Origin: Minisyncoccota bacterium
GTDB lineage: Bacteria > Patescibacteriota > Minisyncoccia > Phycocordibacterales > PALSA-1337
Direction: 5' to 3'
Length of the DNA stretch: 64,000 nt
Assembly (NCBI GenBank): GCA_041663145.1
Contig: JBAZRG010000001.1
Location: 74,467-138,466 of the forward strand
In this document: positions 10,172-20,270 of the stretch, piece by piece
Numbering within the stretch: the first letter of the stretch is position 1
How the letters are laid out: each line of letters opens with the position of its first letter
Notes under the pieces: model-generated
Told to the model about the DNA's origin: nothing
Seen by the model: only the letters and a program-made list of their open reading frames with translations
Database searches by the model: none
Made by a program: the position numbers and the translations under genes

Positions 10172-10615
10172 TCAGATTTCGTTTCTTATAAGCTTTGCAA
10201 CTGCATGCAGTTCTTGCTCTGGGCTAGATTCTCTACTACCAGGTCGGTATAGGAATTTTCTTGGTTCATACTCGGTAATTCCATCATCGCCTTTTTTTCG
10301 AGGTAACATATGTAAATGAAAATGGGGAACAGATTGGCCTGCTATGTCGTTTTCATTCCAAGCATAATTGAATCCTTCTGCTTGAAATATCTTGATCAGT
10401 GCTTTCTTCATCTTATTACGAATATCGAAAATAGCAGACTTTTCCTCGTCTGTGAGATCTTCAAATAAAGCCACACAGCGTTTTGGTGCTATGAGGACAT
10501 GACCGGGTACTATTGGAATATTTGTGGGAAATGCCCATGCAAGATCGTTTTCACAAATCAGGCGTTTTTTGATCTCGGGAATCTCACAATAAACACAGCG
10601 AATTTTGTTACTCAT
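10172..10615 (-). CDS. HIT family hydrolase
   Basis: 'AGQSVPHFHLHMLPR' histidine triad. Confidence 0.93.
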   Translation of the reverse strand: MSNKIRCVYCEIPEIKKRLICENDLAWAFPTNIPIVPGHVLIAPKRCVALFEDLTDEEKSAIFDIRNKMKKALIKIFQAEGFNYAWNENDIAGQSVPHFHLHMLPRKKGDDGITEYEPRKFLYRPGSRESSPEQELHAVAKLIRNEI

Positions 10616-10698
10616 GTTTAGACTATATCAAAATGTTAATAGTTTATCTACTAAAAAAGGCGGCACGAATGGGATATGTGCCACCTGAAGATGATGCA

Positions 10699-11217
10699 TT
10701 ACTCGATGAATTCCGAGAATACCGTCATGTCGCGTTCGACCTCACCACGACTGGGAACATGAATGAAGTTATCGAAGGTGGTGATCTGTGATCTGCAGTT
10801 TGCATCTAGCAGAGTCATTGTGCGGTAACCAATCATTCTTGCAATACGGTACCTCCATGTGCTTTCATCACATAAAGTTGGATCATTGTGCGCTCCTTTG
10901 AACAAGTTAACTCTATCGATAGCATTTTCACCGTTTACTATCCAGAAACCTAGCTCCATATGTGCAAAGCAAGCGATCAAGGAGTTGAGGATGACCACTG
11001 GCAGATGTGGATACAGACGAATGAGATCCGATTCGCCGAGTTTTACCGGTTGTAAACCGGATTCAAACCATAGCCGTTTCGTTTCTTTAGGTCTGGTGGG
11101 TGCAAGCTGAAGGCTTAGTCCATCTTCAAGAATTGATTCTGATACCATGTTCACCACATAATCGAAGCGATTGTGATATGTGGGCAGTTTGAGTAGGACA
11201 GGAATTGTTTCATTCAT
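10699..11217 (-). CDS. Divergent nucleoside-diphosphate kinase-like protein
   Basis: 'GENAIDRVNLFKG..DP....STWR' and 'DNFIHVPS..EVERD' resemble NDK 'GENAV..R...G.T.P...TIR' and 'N.vHgSD..aerE'. Confidence 0.5.
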   Translation of the reverse strand: MNETIPVLLKLPTYHNRFDYVVNMVSESILEDGLSLQLAPTRPKETKRLWFESGLQPVKLGESDLIRLYPHLPVVILNSLIACFAHMELGFWIVNGENAIDRVNLFKGAHNDPTLCDESTWRYRIARMIGYRTMTLLDANCRSQITTFDNFIHVPSRGEVERDMTVFSEFIE

Positions 11218-11331
11218 TTAGAGAGTCTTTCTTGGTTTGCTAATCAGGTGAGCTGAGTTGTCAATCTGTGTGTATATTGACACATCCTATCAAAGCCGTC
11301 AATCTTTTGATTGACAAATATTCTGTGCTTG

Positions 11332-11404
11332 CACTGCGTAGCTCGCGATTAGCGAGCGAAGTAGTCCTCCTTCGCTCGTAGGACACGAGCTTCGGAGGGA
11401 CAAG
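11332..11404. repeat. Two tandem hairpin elements directly 3' of tRNA-Leu
   Basis: GTCCTCCTTCGCTC..GAGCTTCGGAGGGACAAG and CACTGCGTAGCTCGCGATTAGCGAGCGAAGTAGT. Confidence 0.75.
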
Positions 11405-11486
11405 TGCCGGGAGGGAGAATCGAACTCCCATGGATTACTCCGCACGATTTTGAGTCGTGTGCGTCTACCAATTCCGCCATCCCGGC
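11405..11486 (-). tRNA. tRNA-Leu(CAA)
   Basis: Minus strand GCCGGGATGGCGGAATTGGTAGACGC; anticodon arm CACGA-CTCAAAA-TCGTG; long variable arm; TTCGATT. Confidence 0.95.
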
Positions 11487-11546
11487 TATGCATACCAGTC
11501 TACTAGAAATCGCTTGAAAATCAAATATGATATATAATATTTCATT

Positions 11547-12521
11547 ATGACAAGCCAATATGTTAATGACGCTATTTTCTGGATTGAAATAGACAAAATC
11601 GCTCCAAATCCCTATCAACCTAGACGAGAATTTGATCCGCTGGCGCTCAAAGCTCTATCGGAATCGATTCGTATGTATGGTGTTTTGCAACCATTGGTTG
11701 TTACTCGAAAAGAGGTTTTTCGTGATGAGGGGGGAATGACGGTCGAGTATGAACTCATTTCCGGCGAGAGAAGATTGCGTGCCTCTAAGCTGGCTGGACT
11801 TCAGGCAGTGCCGGCCCTCATCAGAAATGGTGAAGAGAATGCTCAGGTCAAACTCGAAATGGCAATCATTGAGAATCTTCAAAGAGAGGATCTAAATCCA
11901 GTCGAAAGAGCGCGTTCATTCGAACGATTGTCAAAAGAGTTTGGTCTCAAACAATCCCAGATCGCAGATAAGATGGGTAAGAGTCGCGAATATGTTTCAA
12001 ATTCGATGCGCATACTTTCACTACCTGATGCCATGATCAATGCCTTGGAACAGGGTCGGATCTCCGAAGGGCATACCAGACCACTACTCATGCTCATCGA
12101 TCGTCCGGAAGAACAACAGGTATTGTTCATGGAAATCATGACGAAGAAATTGACCGTTCGCGAAGCCGAGTCTATGTCTCGACGAGTTGCCACCGAGAAG
12201 ATTCGCAATAAGAACAAATATCTCGATCCACAGATAATGGAAATGGAGAAAAATTTTACTCAGTCCTTGGGTACCAGAGTCAGGATAGAAAAGAATAAAG
12301 ACGGCGGAACCGTTACAATCGATTTCTTCAGTCCCGATGATCTGCGTGGTCTTCTTGAACGTTTGAGTAATGAGAAAAGTGAAGTTACGAAAACTGAAAA
12401 TAAGAGTTCAGATAAAAGCGATGTTCTTGGTGGCGAAAATGCTATCGATGATCGTGCTCCTCTCGAAGTGGAGAAAGAAGAAAATGAAGAGATCTATTCA
12501 TTAAAGAACTTCTCGATCTAG
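11547..12521 (+). CDS. parB: ParB/Spo0J partition protein
   Basis: 'PNPYQPRREF', 'GERRLRA', 'IENLQREDLNPVE'. Confidence 0.95.
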   Translation: MTSQYVNDAIFWIEIDKIAPNPYQPRREFDPLALKALSESIRMYGVLQPLVVTRKEVFRDEGGMTVEYELISGERRLRASKLAGLQAVPALIRNGEENAQVKLEMAIIENLQREDLNPVERARSFERLSKEFGLKQSQIADKMGKSREYVSNSMRILSLPDAMINALEQGRISEGHTRPLLMLIDRPEEQQVLFMEIMTKKLTVREAESMSRRVATEKIRNKNKYLDPQIMEMEKNFTQSLGTRVRIEKNKDGGTVTIDFFSPDDLRGLLERLSNEKSEVTKTENKSSDKSDVLGGENAIDDRAPLEVEKEENEEIYSLKNFSI

Positions 12522-14842
12522 ATCTTTTCAACGACTTTCTTTTTTGCAAAACCTCTTTGCTTTTTCGGTTGAGCTAATATTTCCAACGCTCTCTCGAATG
12601 ACAATGAATAGATATCGTCAGGCGCTTTTACGGATCTAAAATCTGCATCATTTCTGACATACGGACCAAAACGTCCGATAGAGGCGACGATAGGATTGCC
12701 TGTTTTCGGATCAGTGCCGAGAGTTTTTGGCAGACTGAGATATTTGAGAGCGTCCGCTACTGTAACCTTCGAAGGATCCATCGTTTTTGGAATCGAAGCC
12801 ATTCTCGGTTTGATCGCTTTTACTATTTTTACTGGCTCTGTATCAATTCCGACGTCACCAGTTACTCCTATTGCACCTGTCACACTTGCTGATACAGCTT
12901 TTTTCGGCTTTTTTGCACGAGGTTTTTTGACTTTCGGCTCACGAATGCCTAGTTGTACATATGGACCGTATTTGCCATTCAATACAAATATCGGAAGGCT
13001 TGATTCCGGATCTACTCCGATCGGTTCGTCTTTTTTGAATTCGGTACCGTCCAACGTGAGCGCTCCATCGCAATCCGGATATTTTGAGCAGGAGAGGAAT
13101 TTGCCATTTTTACCCAACTTGATTTCCATCGGTGTGTTGCCACATTTCGGACATTTGTATTTCGGGTCTGCTGAGCCAAGATTGGTGATCTTTTCTATTT
13201 TGTCTTTTGATTTTACATCTTTATGAAATGGTCCATAAAAATCAGTCAGAGTTTTCAAATATGTTCGTGTTCCAGTCGCTATATCATCGAGCTTATCTTC
13301 CATCTCCGCGGTAAAAGAGTCGCTGATATAGGTAGGGAAATTTTGTTCTATGAATGAAGATACGACATCGCCGGTATCGGTCGGATGAAGTGATTTGTTT
13401 TCTTTGGAAACATAACCACGATCTTCGATGGTCTTCGATATCGATGCGTATGTCGAAGGACGACCGATGCCACGTTTTTCCAGTTCTTTGATAAGTCCGG
13501 CCTCGGTATATCTCGAAGGCGGTTCGGTCTGTTTTTCTTCTTTATCTACGCGCAGAAGATCGAGTTTTTCGTCCTTATTACATTTCGGCAATATATTTTG
13601 TTCGCCGACTGATTCTGGATCGGCTTTGAGCCAACCGTCGAAAATGACACGTGAGCCAGTGGCTTCAAAATCAGGAATGGTTGATTGACCAGCTTGAATA
13701 TTTGCGATTATTTTTGTTCTGGCAAGTTTGGCATCGGCCATTTGTGAAGCTACGGCACGTTGCCAGATCAGACGGTAAAGCTTTTTTTGCTCATCATTGT
13801 GACCGGCTGATTCTTTTACAAAATGAGAAGGACGAATAGCTTCGTGTGCTTCCTGGGCATTTTTACTTTTTGCTGCGTATTTTTGAAATTGGATGTAATT
13901 CTTACCATAAGTTTTCTCGATGACCGCACCGATCTGATCTAGAGCTTGTTGACCGAGATTTGTCGAATCCGTTCGCATGTAGGTGATATAACCGGACTCG
14001 TAGAGTTTCTGAGCGATGCCCATAGTACGTGATGGAGAAAAACCGAGTCGTGAACTGGCGGCTTGCTGGAGTGTGGATGTTATAAATGGAGCACGGGAAG
14101 AACGTTTCTGTTCTGATTCCTCTATATTTACAATATGCCACGGTTCCTTTCGGGCAATCTCAAGTATCGATTCGACTTCTTTGGAGTCGCGTGGTTCCTT
14201 GGAACAAAAAAGTTCTACTTCATCGCCGGAGACAGTTTTCCACATGCCGGAGATTCTCCAATAGGTTTCTGGAACGAATGCTCGGATCTCTCTTTCACGT
14301 TCCATGATGATGCGTAGTGCCGGAGATTGGACACGCCCGGCTGATAGGCCGTAACGGACTTTTTTCCAGATCAATCCGGAGAGATCATAACCGAACAGTC
14401 GGTCTAGGACGCGTCTGGCTTCTTGAGCTTCACGGAGATGTTCATCGATGTCGCGTGGCTGTTTCAAGGCTTCCATAACGGCATCTTTTGTGATCTCATG
14501 ATATGTGACACGCTTCATCTTCTTGGCGATGCCTGCACCGAGTCTTTCCTTCAGAACTTCGGCAATATGCCAAGCTATTGCTTCTCCTTCACGGTCGGGG
14601 TCTGTAGCGAGAATGATCTCATCGGCTTTGGCGGCATTCATGGCTATGTCAGCAATGACATTTTCTTTTTTAGCCACAACTTCATAGTGGGGAATAAAAC
14701 CACCTTCGATGTCTATAGCTTTCTTACTAGACTTTGGTAGGTCACGGACATGTCCAACTGAAGCACGTACCACAAATTCGTCTCCGAGATATTTGGAGAT
14801 TGTTTTTGATTTTGAAGGTGACTCGACGATCATCAATTTCAT
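12518..14842 (-). CDS. topA: DNA topoisomerase I
   Basis: 'IVESPSK', 'ATDPDREGE', 'SAGRVQ', 'ITYMRTDS', Zn ribbon and C-terminal repeats. Confidence 0.97.
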   Translation of the reverse strand: MKLMIVESPSKSKTISKYLGDEFVVRASVGHVRDLPKSSKKAIDIEGGFIPHYEVVAKKENVIADIAMNAAKADEIILATDPDREGEAIAWHIAEVLKERLGAGIAKKMKRVTYHEITKDAVMEALKQPRDIDEHLREAQEARRVLDRLFGYDLSGLIWKKVRYGLSAGRVQSPALRIIMEREREIRAFVPETYWRISGMWKTVSGDEVELFCSKEPRDSKEVESILEIARKEPWHIVNIEESEQKRSSRAPFITSTLQQAASSRLGFSPSRTMGIAQKLYESGYITYMRTDSTNLGQQALDQIGAVIEKTYGKNYIQFQKYAAKSKNAQEAHEAIRPSHFVKESAGHNDEQKKLYRLIWQRAVASQMADAKLARTKIIANIQAGQSTIPDFEATGSRVIFDGWLKADPESVGEQNILPKCNKDEKLDLLRVDKEEKQTEPPSRYTEAGLIKELEKRGIGRPSTYASISKTIEDRGYVSKENKSLHPTDTGDVVSSFIEQNFPTYISDSFTAEMEDKLDDIATGTRTYLKTLTDFYGPFHKDVKSKDKIEKITNLGSADPKYKCPKCGNTPMEIKLGKNGKFLSCSKYPDCDGALTLDGTEFKKDEPIGVDPESSLPIFVLNGKYGPYVQLGIREPKVKKPRAKKPKKAVSASVTGAIGVTGDVGIDTEPVKIVKAIKPRMASIPKTMDPSKVTVADALKYLSLPKTLGTDPKTGNPIVASIGRFGPYVRNDADFRSVKAPDDIYSLSFERALEILAQPKKQRGFAKKKVVEKI

Positions 14843-14883
14843 ATGTTGAGTAAGTATTGCATGATAATTATTTTTTGCAAAAT

Positions 14884-15780
14884 CTATATAGACGTATTGA
14901 TCCTGTATTTACCTTCATCTTCGGTCACAAGATCTAGGAGTTCTAGCTGTGAGATCTCAATATTTAGAGCTGGAGATGAGATCTGGATCTTGTCCAGAAG
15001 TTCTGAGGAGTTTTGTGGAGCGTACCGGAGAATTTGAAGTATCTTCTTTTGTTCATCGGACAGGGACGCGGGTATTATAATCTCGGTTTGAGCGTCATCT
15101 TTTTTCATGGAGTTTTTGGGAATATCAAAACCGAGTGCATCTAGTATATCTTTGGCTGAGAACACCGGTATAGCGCCTTCTTTGAATAGATTGTGAGGAC
15201 CGACTGACAGATCGGAAAATATAGATCCTGGTACGACTAATACGTCCCGATTGAACTCCAGAGCGTGTTTGGCAGTGATGAGTGTACCCGAATCATGCCG
15301 ACCTTCGATAATGAGGGTTGCGTGAGAGATCCCGGCCATCAGACAATTTCTGACAGGGAATGTCCACATAGTCGCTCCCTGTTCGTATTCAAATGGAGAG
15401 AGCAATGTCTGACCTTCACGTATCATCTTATCAGCTAGTGATAGTCGAGTTCTGGGGTACAAAACTTCACGAGATAGACCAGAGCCTGGTATGCCGATCA
15501 CTCTCATGCCAACCTTGAGAGCTTCGGCATGGGCGATCGAATCTATGCCGATAGCCAGACCGGAGACAATGACGATCGGGTAGTCTTTTAGTCTACGAAT
15601 GAGTCTTACGCAAACATCATGCCCATATTTGCTATAATTGCGCGCGCCGACAACGCAAAGATATCGAAATTCTTCTTGGGACGGCGGTAAAGAGCCCGCA
15701 CAATACAGAGTTTTTGGAGGTTTATCTATTTCCAAAAGTAATCTAGGATATTGTGATTTGTTGAGCAATATGGTTTTCAT
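14884..15780 (-). CDS. dprA: DNA processing protein DprA
   Basis: 'VVGAR', 'IVSGLAIGID', 'FPVRN', 'SGTLITA'. Confidence 0.95.
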   Translation of the reverse strand: MKTILLNKSQYPRLLLEIDKPPKTLYCAGSLPPSQEEFRYLCVVGARNYSKYGHDVCVRLIRRLKDYPIVIVSGLAIGIDSIAHAEALKVGMRVIGIPGSGLSREVLYPRTRLSLADKMIREGQTLLSPFEYEQGATMWTFPVRNCLMAGISHATLIIEGRHDSGTLITAKHALEFNRDVLVVPGSIFSDLSVGPHNLFKEGAIPVFSAKDILDALGFDIPKNSMKKDDAQTEIIIPASLSDEQKKILQILRYAPQNSSELLDKIQISSPALNIEISQLELLDLVTEDEGKYRINTSI

Positions 15781-15891
15781 CTATTTATTCGGTATGGAAT
15801 GTAATATCTTAACAGGTGTGATATGAAGAGATGTTCAAAAAAGTATAAAATTATGATAAAATCACTACTATATTAATACACGAACACGAAT

Positions 15892-17154
15892 ATGCTCGAC
15901 ATAAAATTTATCAGGGAAAATAAGGATCTGATTGCGCTTGCGGCAAAAAAGAAACATATCGAATTTGACGTAGAACAACTCATGGTTGTCGATGATAACA
16001 GGCGGACTCTCCAGATGAGTGTCGAGAAAAATCGCGCTTTACAAAATGTCGCTAGCGATAAGATAGCTAGCGCGACCACTCCTGATTTGCGTGCCACGAT
16101 CATAACCGAGATGAAGGAAGTCAAAAAGACTCTCGAAAAAGACGAAGAAGATCTGAAAAAAGTCATGATTGAATGGCAAGCTCTGATGTTAAAGGTTCCG
16201 AATATTCCAGATATGTCGGTACCAGATGGAGTAGATGATGCAGAGAACAAAGAGATCAAGACCTGGGGCGAACAAACAAAGTTTGATTTCGAAGCACGCG
16301 GTCACGAAGAAATCATGAATGGTTTGAAAATGATAGATCTCGAGAGAGGTGCAAAAGTCCACGGTTTCAGAGGATATTTTTTGACTGGTGATGGTGTTCG
16401 ACTTTGTTTTGCTATTTGGAATTATGCTTTGAAGTTTTTTGGCGATAAAAAGTTTACACCAGTTATTCCGCCTATCATTGTCCGCAGGATCAATCTTTTT
16501 GGAACAGGATATTTACCACAAGGTGAGGATGATCTATATAAGACGCAGGATGGGGATTTTCTGGCGGGAACAGCCGAAGTTCCGCTCATGGGTCTGCATG
16601 CCGATGAAGTTTTCAAAGCTGAAGAATTGCCAAAACGATATCTCGGTTTTTCGCCCTGTTACAGGAGGGAGGCTGGTTCACATGGCAAGGACGTCAGTGG
16701 TCTTATTCGAGTCCATGAATTTTATAAATTTGAACAAGTTGTTCTTTGTGAAGCCAATCATGAGACCTCGGTTACTTTCCATGATGAACTAAATCGTAAT
16801 ACGGAGGAATTCATCGAATCATTGGGTATACCATATAGAACCGTTATCAATTGCGGTGGTGATCTAGGTCTTGGTCAAGTCAAGAAATACGATATTGAAC
16901 TATGGGTGCCGAAAGAAGGCAAATATAGAGAAATTTCATCGGCTTCATATTTTCACGATTTCCAAACACGAAGACTAAATATCCGTTATCGTGATGCTGA
17001 GGGTGTGTCACGTTATGCTCACTCCCTAAATTCTACTGCAATACCGACACCGCGCATCCTGGTATCACTAATCGAAAATTATCAGCAAGCCGACGGCACC
17101 GTGCGAATTCCTGATGTTTTGATTCCTTATTATGGTGCAAATAAGATCGGTTGA
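15892..17154 (+). CDS. serS: Serine--tRNA ligase
   Basis: 'MLDIKFIREN', 'GTAEVPL', 'RREAGSHGKD..GLIRVHEF', 'EISSAS'. Confidence 0.97.
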   Translation: MLDIKFIRENKDLIALAAKKKHIEFDVEQLMVVDDNRRTLQMSVEKNRALQNVASDKIASATTPDLRATIITEMKEVKKTLEKDEEDLKKVMIEWQALMLKVPNIPDMSVPDGVDDAENKEIKTWGEQTKFDFEARGHEEIMNGLKMIDLERGAKVHGFRGYFLTGDGVRLCFAIWNYALKFFGDKKFTPVIPPIIVRRINLFGTGYLPQGEDDLYKTQDGDFLAGTAEVPLMGLHADEVFKAEELPKRYLGFSPCYRREAGSHGKDVSGLIRVHEFYKFEQVVLCEANHETSVTFHDELNRNTEEFIESLGIPYRTVINCGGDLGLGQVKKYDIELWVPKEGKYREISSASYFHDFQTRRLNIRYRDAEGVSRYAHSLNSTAIPTPRILVSLIENYQQADGTVRIPDVLIPYYGANKIG

Positions 17155-17162
17155 TACAAAAT

Positions 17163-18068
17163 ATGCATTCGAGATCACGATTAACAGGTAAACAATCGAA
17201 ACGTTTTATAGAACGTAAACAATCACGATTGATCATCACGACGTTGCTCGTGATGATTAGTCTTGGAACTATCATATTTTCGATTTCTAGATTTTCGAGT
17301 CTGAATGCCTTGGCGATAAATTCTATTACAGTTTCTGGAGCAGATTCGGAAATAGACGGGATACTTAGCGCGGCCGCATACGACGCTTTGGATGGAAAAT
17401 ATCTAGGTCTATTTTCTAAATCAAATATTTTGATATATCCCAAAAAAGCGATACGAGAATCCGTCGAAAAGATCTCTTCCAGAATCGAATCAGTTTCGGT
17501 TTCGAGAGGTGAAGATAGGACACTAAACGTATCCGTAACTCTAAAACAGGCGGCGGCTCTGGTTTGCGCGAACCTACCGGACTTCTCGGACGATTCTACA
17601 GGCTGTTATCTCGCTGATTCTACAGGTCTTATCTTCAAACAATTTAGCGCATCTTCGACTCCGTTTATTAACAAATATTATATTCCTTGGATTTCAGAAA
17701 AGTACGGTGCGGATGGGGATGCTGTTGGTACTTTTGCAACTTCGACGGAATTGTTTTTGGAATTGCAAGAGATTTACAGTGTCATAAAAGAAGCTGGGAT
17801 CAACCTGTCCGGAATATTGGTTGATAAGGACGGCTACGAATTGTACGTTCAAGATTCAAATGATGACATGGAGACTATTTCGCCAAACGATACTTCTGTG
17901 ACCGTCATATATATGAATAATAGTGAAACACTTGCAAATCAGACTGTGAATCTGATTTCATTTTGGAAAAATATGATGGATGATGCCAAACATAACGGTG
18001 TTGTCAAAAAATTTGAATATATCGACGTTCGTTATGGGTCCAATGTATTTTATCGTCTGATAGAGTAA
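17163..18068 (+). CDS. FtsQ/DivIB-like membrane protein
   Basis: Basic N-terminus, single TM helix, POTRA-like region, C-terminal 'FEYIDVRYGSNVFYR'. Confidence 0.65.
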   Translation: MHSRSRLTGKQSKRFIERKQSRLIITTLLVMISLGTIIFSISRFSSLNALAINSITVSGADSEIDGILSAAAYDALDGKYLGLFSKSNILIYPKKAIRESVEKISSRIESVSVSRGEDRTLNVSVTLKQAAALVCANLPDFSDDSTGCYLADSTGLIFKQFSASSTPFINKYYIPWISEKYGADGDAVGTFATSTELFLELQEIYSVIKEAGINLSGILVDKDGYELYVQDSNDDMETISPNDTSVTVIYMNNSETLANQTVNLISFWKNMMDDAKHNGVVKKFEYIDVRYGSNVFYRLIE

Positions 18069-18082
18069 AATGAACCTAAAAT

Positions 18083-19003
18083 ATGAGGAATTTCTTTACT
18101 ACAGTATTCGGTGGTTTGGCAGTCGTGGGTATCTTTATGATTTTGGTATCCGTGATCGGTCCTATCGTACAAAATATCAGCTCATGGACCGGTCATGCGG
18201 CTGATTTTTCTGATTCTGGTTGGGCACGCGTCATCAGATTTAGTGCGCTAGAAGAGGAAGATCCTCTGGAATCAGCAGTCCTCAGTATTTCTGATGGTTC
18301 ACTTGCAAAGATGACGGCGGAGGCGTACACCATTCGCGATCTGACTACTTCGAAGACGATTGTGACTAAAAACGTCGATCAATTACGTCCGATGGCTTCT
18401 CTCACAAAACTGGTAACGGCCGTGGTTGCCCGCAAACTTATATTACCAAATGAAAGGGTTACTATTACAAATGAGGTACTGGCGACATATGGAAATACGG
18501 CTGGTCTCAAAAATGGCGAGACATTTCAAGCTGAAGATCTGCAATATCCGTTACTTATGGTTTCGTCGAATGACGCGGCTGAGGCATTGGCTAGAAGCTA
18601 CGGACGGAGAAACTTCATCAAAGCCATGAATGAATTTACCCAGTCGATCGGCGCATACAGAACATACATGGTGGACCCTTCCGGACTTTCTCCGAAGAAT
18701 GTTTCGACTGCCAATGATCTTACAATCATCTTGGATTGGATAAGAAAAAACGACCCTTCCGTATTGCAGATGACGACATTGAAATCTAAAACAATCCGTG
18801 ATCATAGCTGGATAAATCCGACACATTTCCTATCGTGGTCGGACTATATAGGTGGTAAGAACGGTTATTTGCCGGAATCAGATCGCACCTCGGCGTCTCT
18901 GTTCAGTCTGGGTGATAATAAACATGTATATGCAATAGTCTTGCTTGGAAGTGAGACACGCGATGCTGATTGGGTTAGATTAGTTAGACAGGTGACGAAA
19001 TAG
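18083..19003 (+). CDS. D-Ala-D-Ala carboxypeptidase, peptidase S11
   Basis: 'ASLTK' (SxxK), 'SSNDAA' (SxN), 'GGKNGY' (KTG variant). Confidence 0.88.
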   Translation: MRNFFTTVFGGLAVVGIFMILVSVIGPIVQNISSWTGHAADFSDSGWARVIRFSALEEEDPLESAVLSISDGSLAKMTAEAYTIRDLTTSKTIVTKNVDQLRPMASLTKLVTAVVARKLILPNERVTITNEVLATYGNTAGLKNGETFQAEDLQYPLLMVSSNDAAEALARSYGRRNFIKAMNEFTQSIGAYRTYMVDPSGLSPKNVSTANDLTIILDWIRKNDPSVLQMTTLKSKTIRDHSWINPTHFLSWSDYIGGKNGYLPESDRTSASLFSLGDNKHVYAIVLLGSETRDADWVRLVRQVTK

Positions 19004-19026
19004 ATAGAGCTTGGTATAGTCACTTG

Positions 19027-20070
19027 ATGAAGAAAAAAGCGGTAAAGGCGCATATGGCTCCGAAAAAGCAGTCATTTTGGAATAAGCTTTGGAATAAGCT
19101 CGGGAGGCCTTTTTTCGTCTTGGCTCCTATGGCAAATGTGACTGATCTGGCATTTCGATCAATGATCGCCAAGTACGGTAAACCTGATGTGATGTGGACA
19201 GAGTTTGTCTCGGCCGATGGACTAGTCTCAGAAGGGAAAGTAAAATTGTTGATCGATCTTAAATTTAACAAAAAAGAAAGACCGATTGTTGCGCAATTGT
19301 TCACGGGTCATCCGGAAGTGATGAACAAAGCGGCGATGATCGTTCAAGATCTAAAGTTTGATGGTTTGGATATCAATATGGGTTGTCCAGATAGAAGTGT
19401 TGAGAAACAGGGAGGCGGCGCGGCTCTAATGAAAAATCCTCAAAAGGCGATTGAAGTGTTGAATGCTGCCAGAGAAGGTGCTCCCAAAATTCCAGTATCC
19501 GTAAAGACAAGGATCGGATATAACGCAATTGATATGGACTGGATTTGTACACTTTTGGAACAAAAATTACCGGTTCTGACTGTGCATTTGAGAACACGCA
19601 AAGAAATGTCGGATGTGCCCGCGCATTGGGATCTGATGCCGGAAATCATAAAGATGCGCGATTCTATCAGTCCGGATACTCTCATTATCGGTAATGGTGA
19701 TGTGGATTCTGTAGAAGATGGAATGAATAAATGTAAAGAAACTGGTTGTGATGGTGTGATGGTTGGTCGAGGTATATTTGGCAAACCCTGGTATTTTAGT
19801 TCGATTAAGAATCACAAAAAAACGATAAAATCAGAAAATCTTACAGAAGAGCGAAGTCCAGAATTTCGAATGAAATTGCTTTTAGAACACGCTATATTAT
19901 TTGAAAAAGCGTTTTGTGGCAAGAAGCGTCTAAAAAGTTTTGATGTAATGAAAAAACACTTCAAAGCTTATGTCTCTGGTTGGGATGGAGCAAAAGAGAT
20001 TCGGGTGGAATTGATGAATGCAGAAAATGCTGGTGATGTGAAAGTGGTAATTAGAAGATATCTGAAATAG
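19027..20070 (+). CDS. dus: tRNA-dihydrouridine synthase
   Basis: 'LAPMANVTD', 'DINMGCP', 'VSVKTRIG', 'GNGDV', 'GVMVGRG'. Confidence 0.93.
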   Translation: MKKKAVKAHMAPKKQSFWNKLWNKLGRPFFVLAPMANVTDLAFRSMIAKYGKPDVMWTEFVSADGLVSEGKVKLLIDLKFNKKERPIVAQLFTGHPEVMNKAAMIVQDLKFDGLDINMGCPDRSVEKQGGGAALMKNPQKAIEVLNAAREGAPKIPVSVKTRIGYNAIDMDWICTLLEQKLPVLTVHLRTRKEMSDVPAHWDLMPEIIKMRDSISPDTLIIGNGDVDSVEDGMNKCKETGCDGVMVGRGIFGKPWYFSSIKNHKKTIKSENLTEERSPEFRMKLLLEHAILFEKAFCGKKRLKSFDVMKKHFKAYVSGWDGAKEIRVELMNAENAGDVKVVIRRYLK

Positions 20071-20118
20071 AGATAATGGGGAGTTGAAAAACAATTATCT
20101 CATGAATATTTTCTAAGA

Positions 20119-20268
20119 AGCTCGGCAAATACTGTCCTAAAATAACTCACAAGGTCACCCGCTCCAAATTGCAACCGTATTAGAGCAGATGGAACTACTC
20201 TAATACGGGCAATTTGTTCGGGGTTCAAATCGCATTGTGAGTTATTTTAGGACAGTATTTGCCGAGCT
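20119..20268. repeat. 150 bp palindromic element between convergent genes
   Basis: 34 bp perfect arms (20119-20152 / 20235-20268) enclosing an inner stem. Confidence 0.9.
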
Positions 20269-20270
20269 CC

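Noticed and set aside
12696-14740. Numerous antisense ORFs inside topA, serS, murA, clpB, uvrA and others
   Set aside because: Shadow ORFs of well-supported genes on the opposite strand
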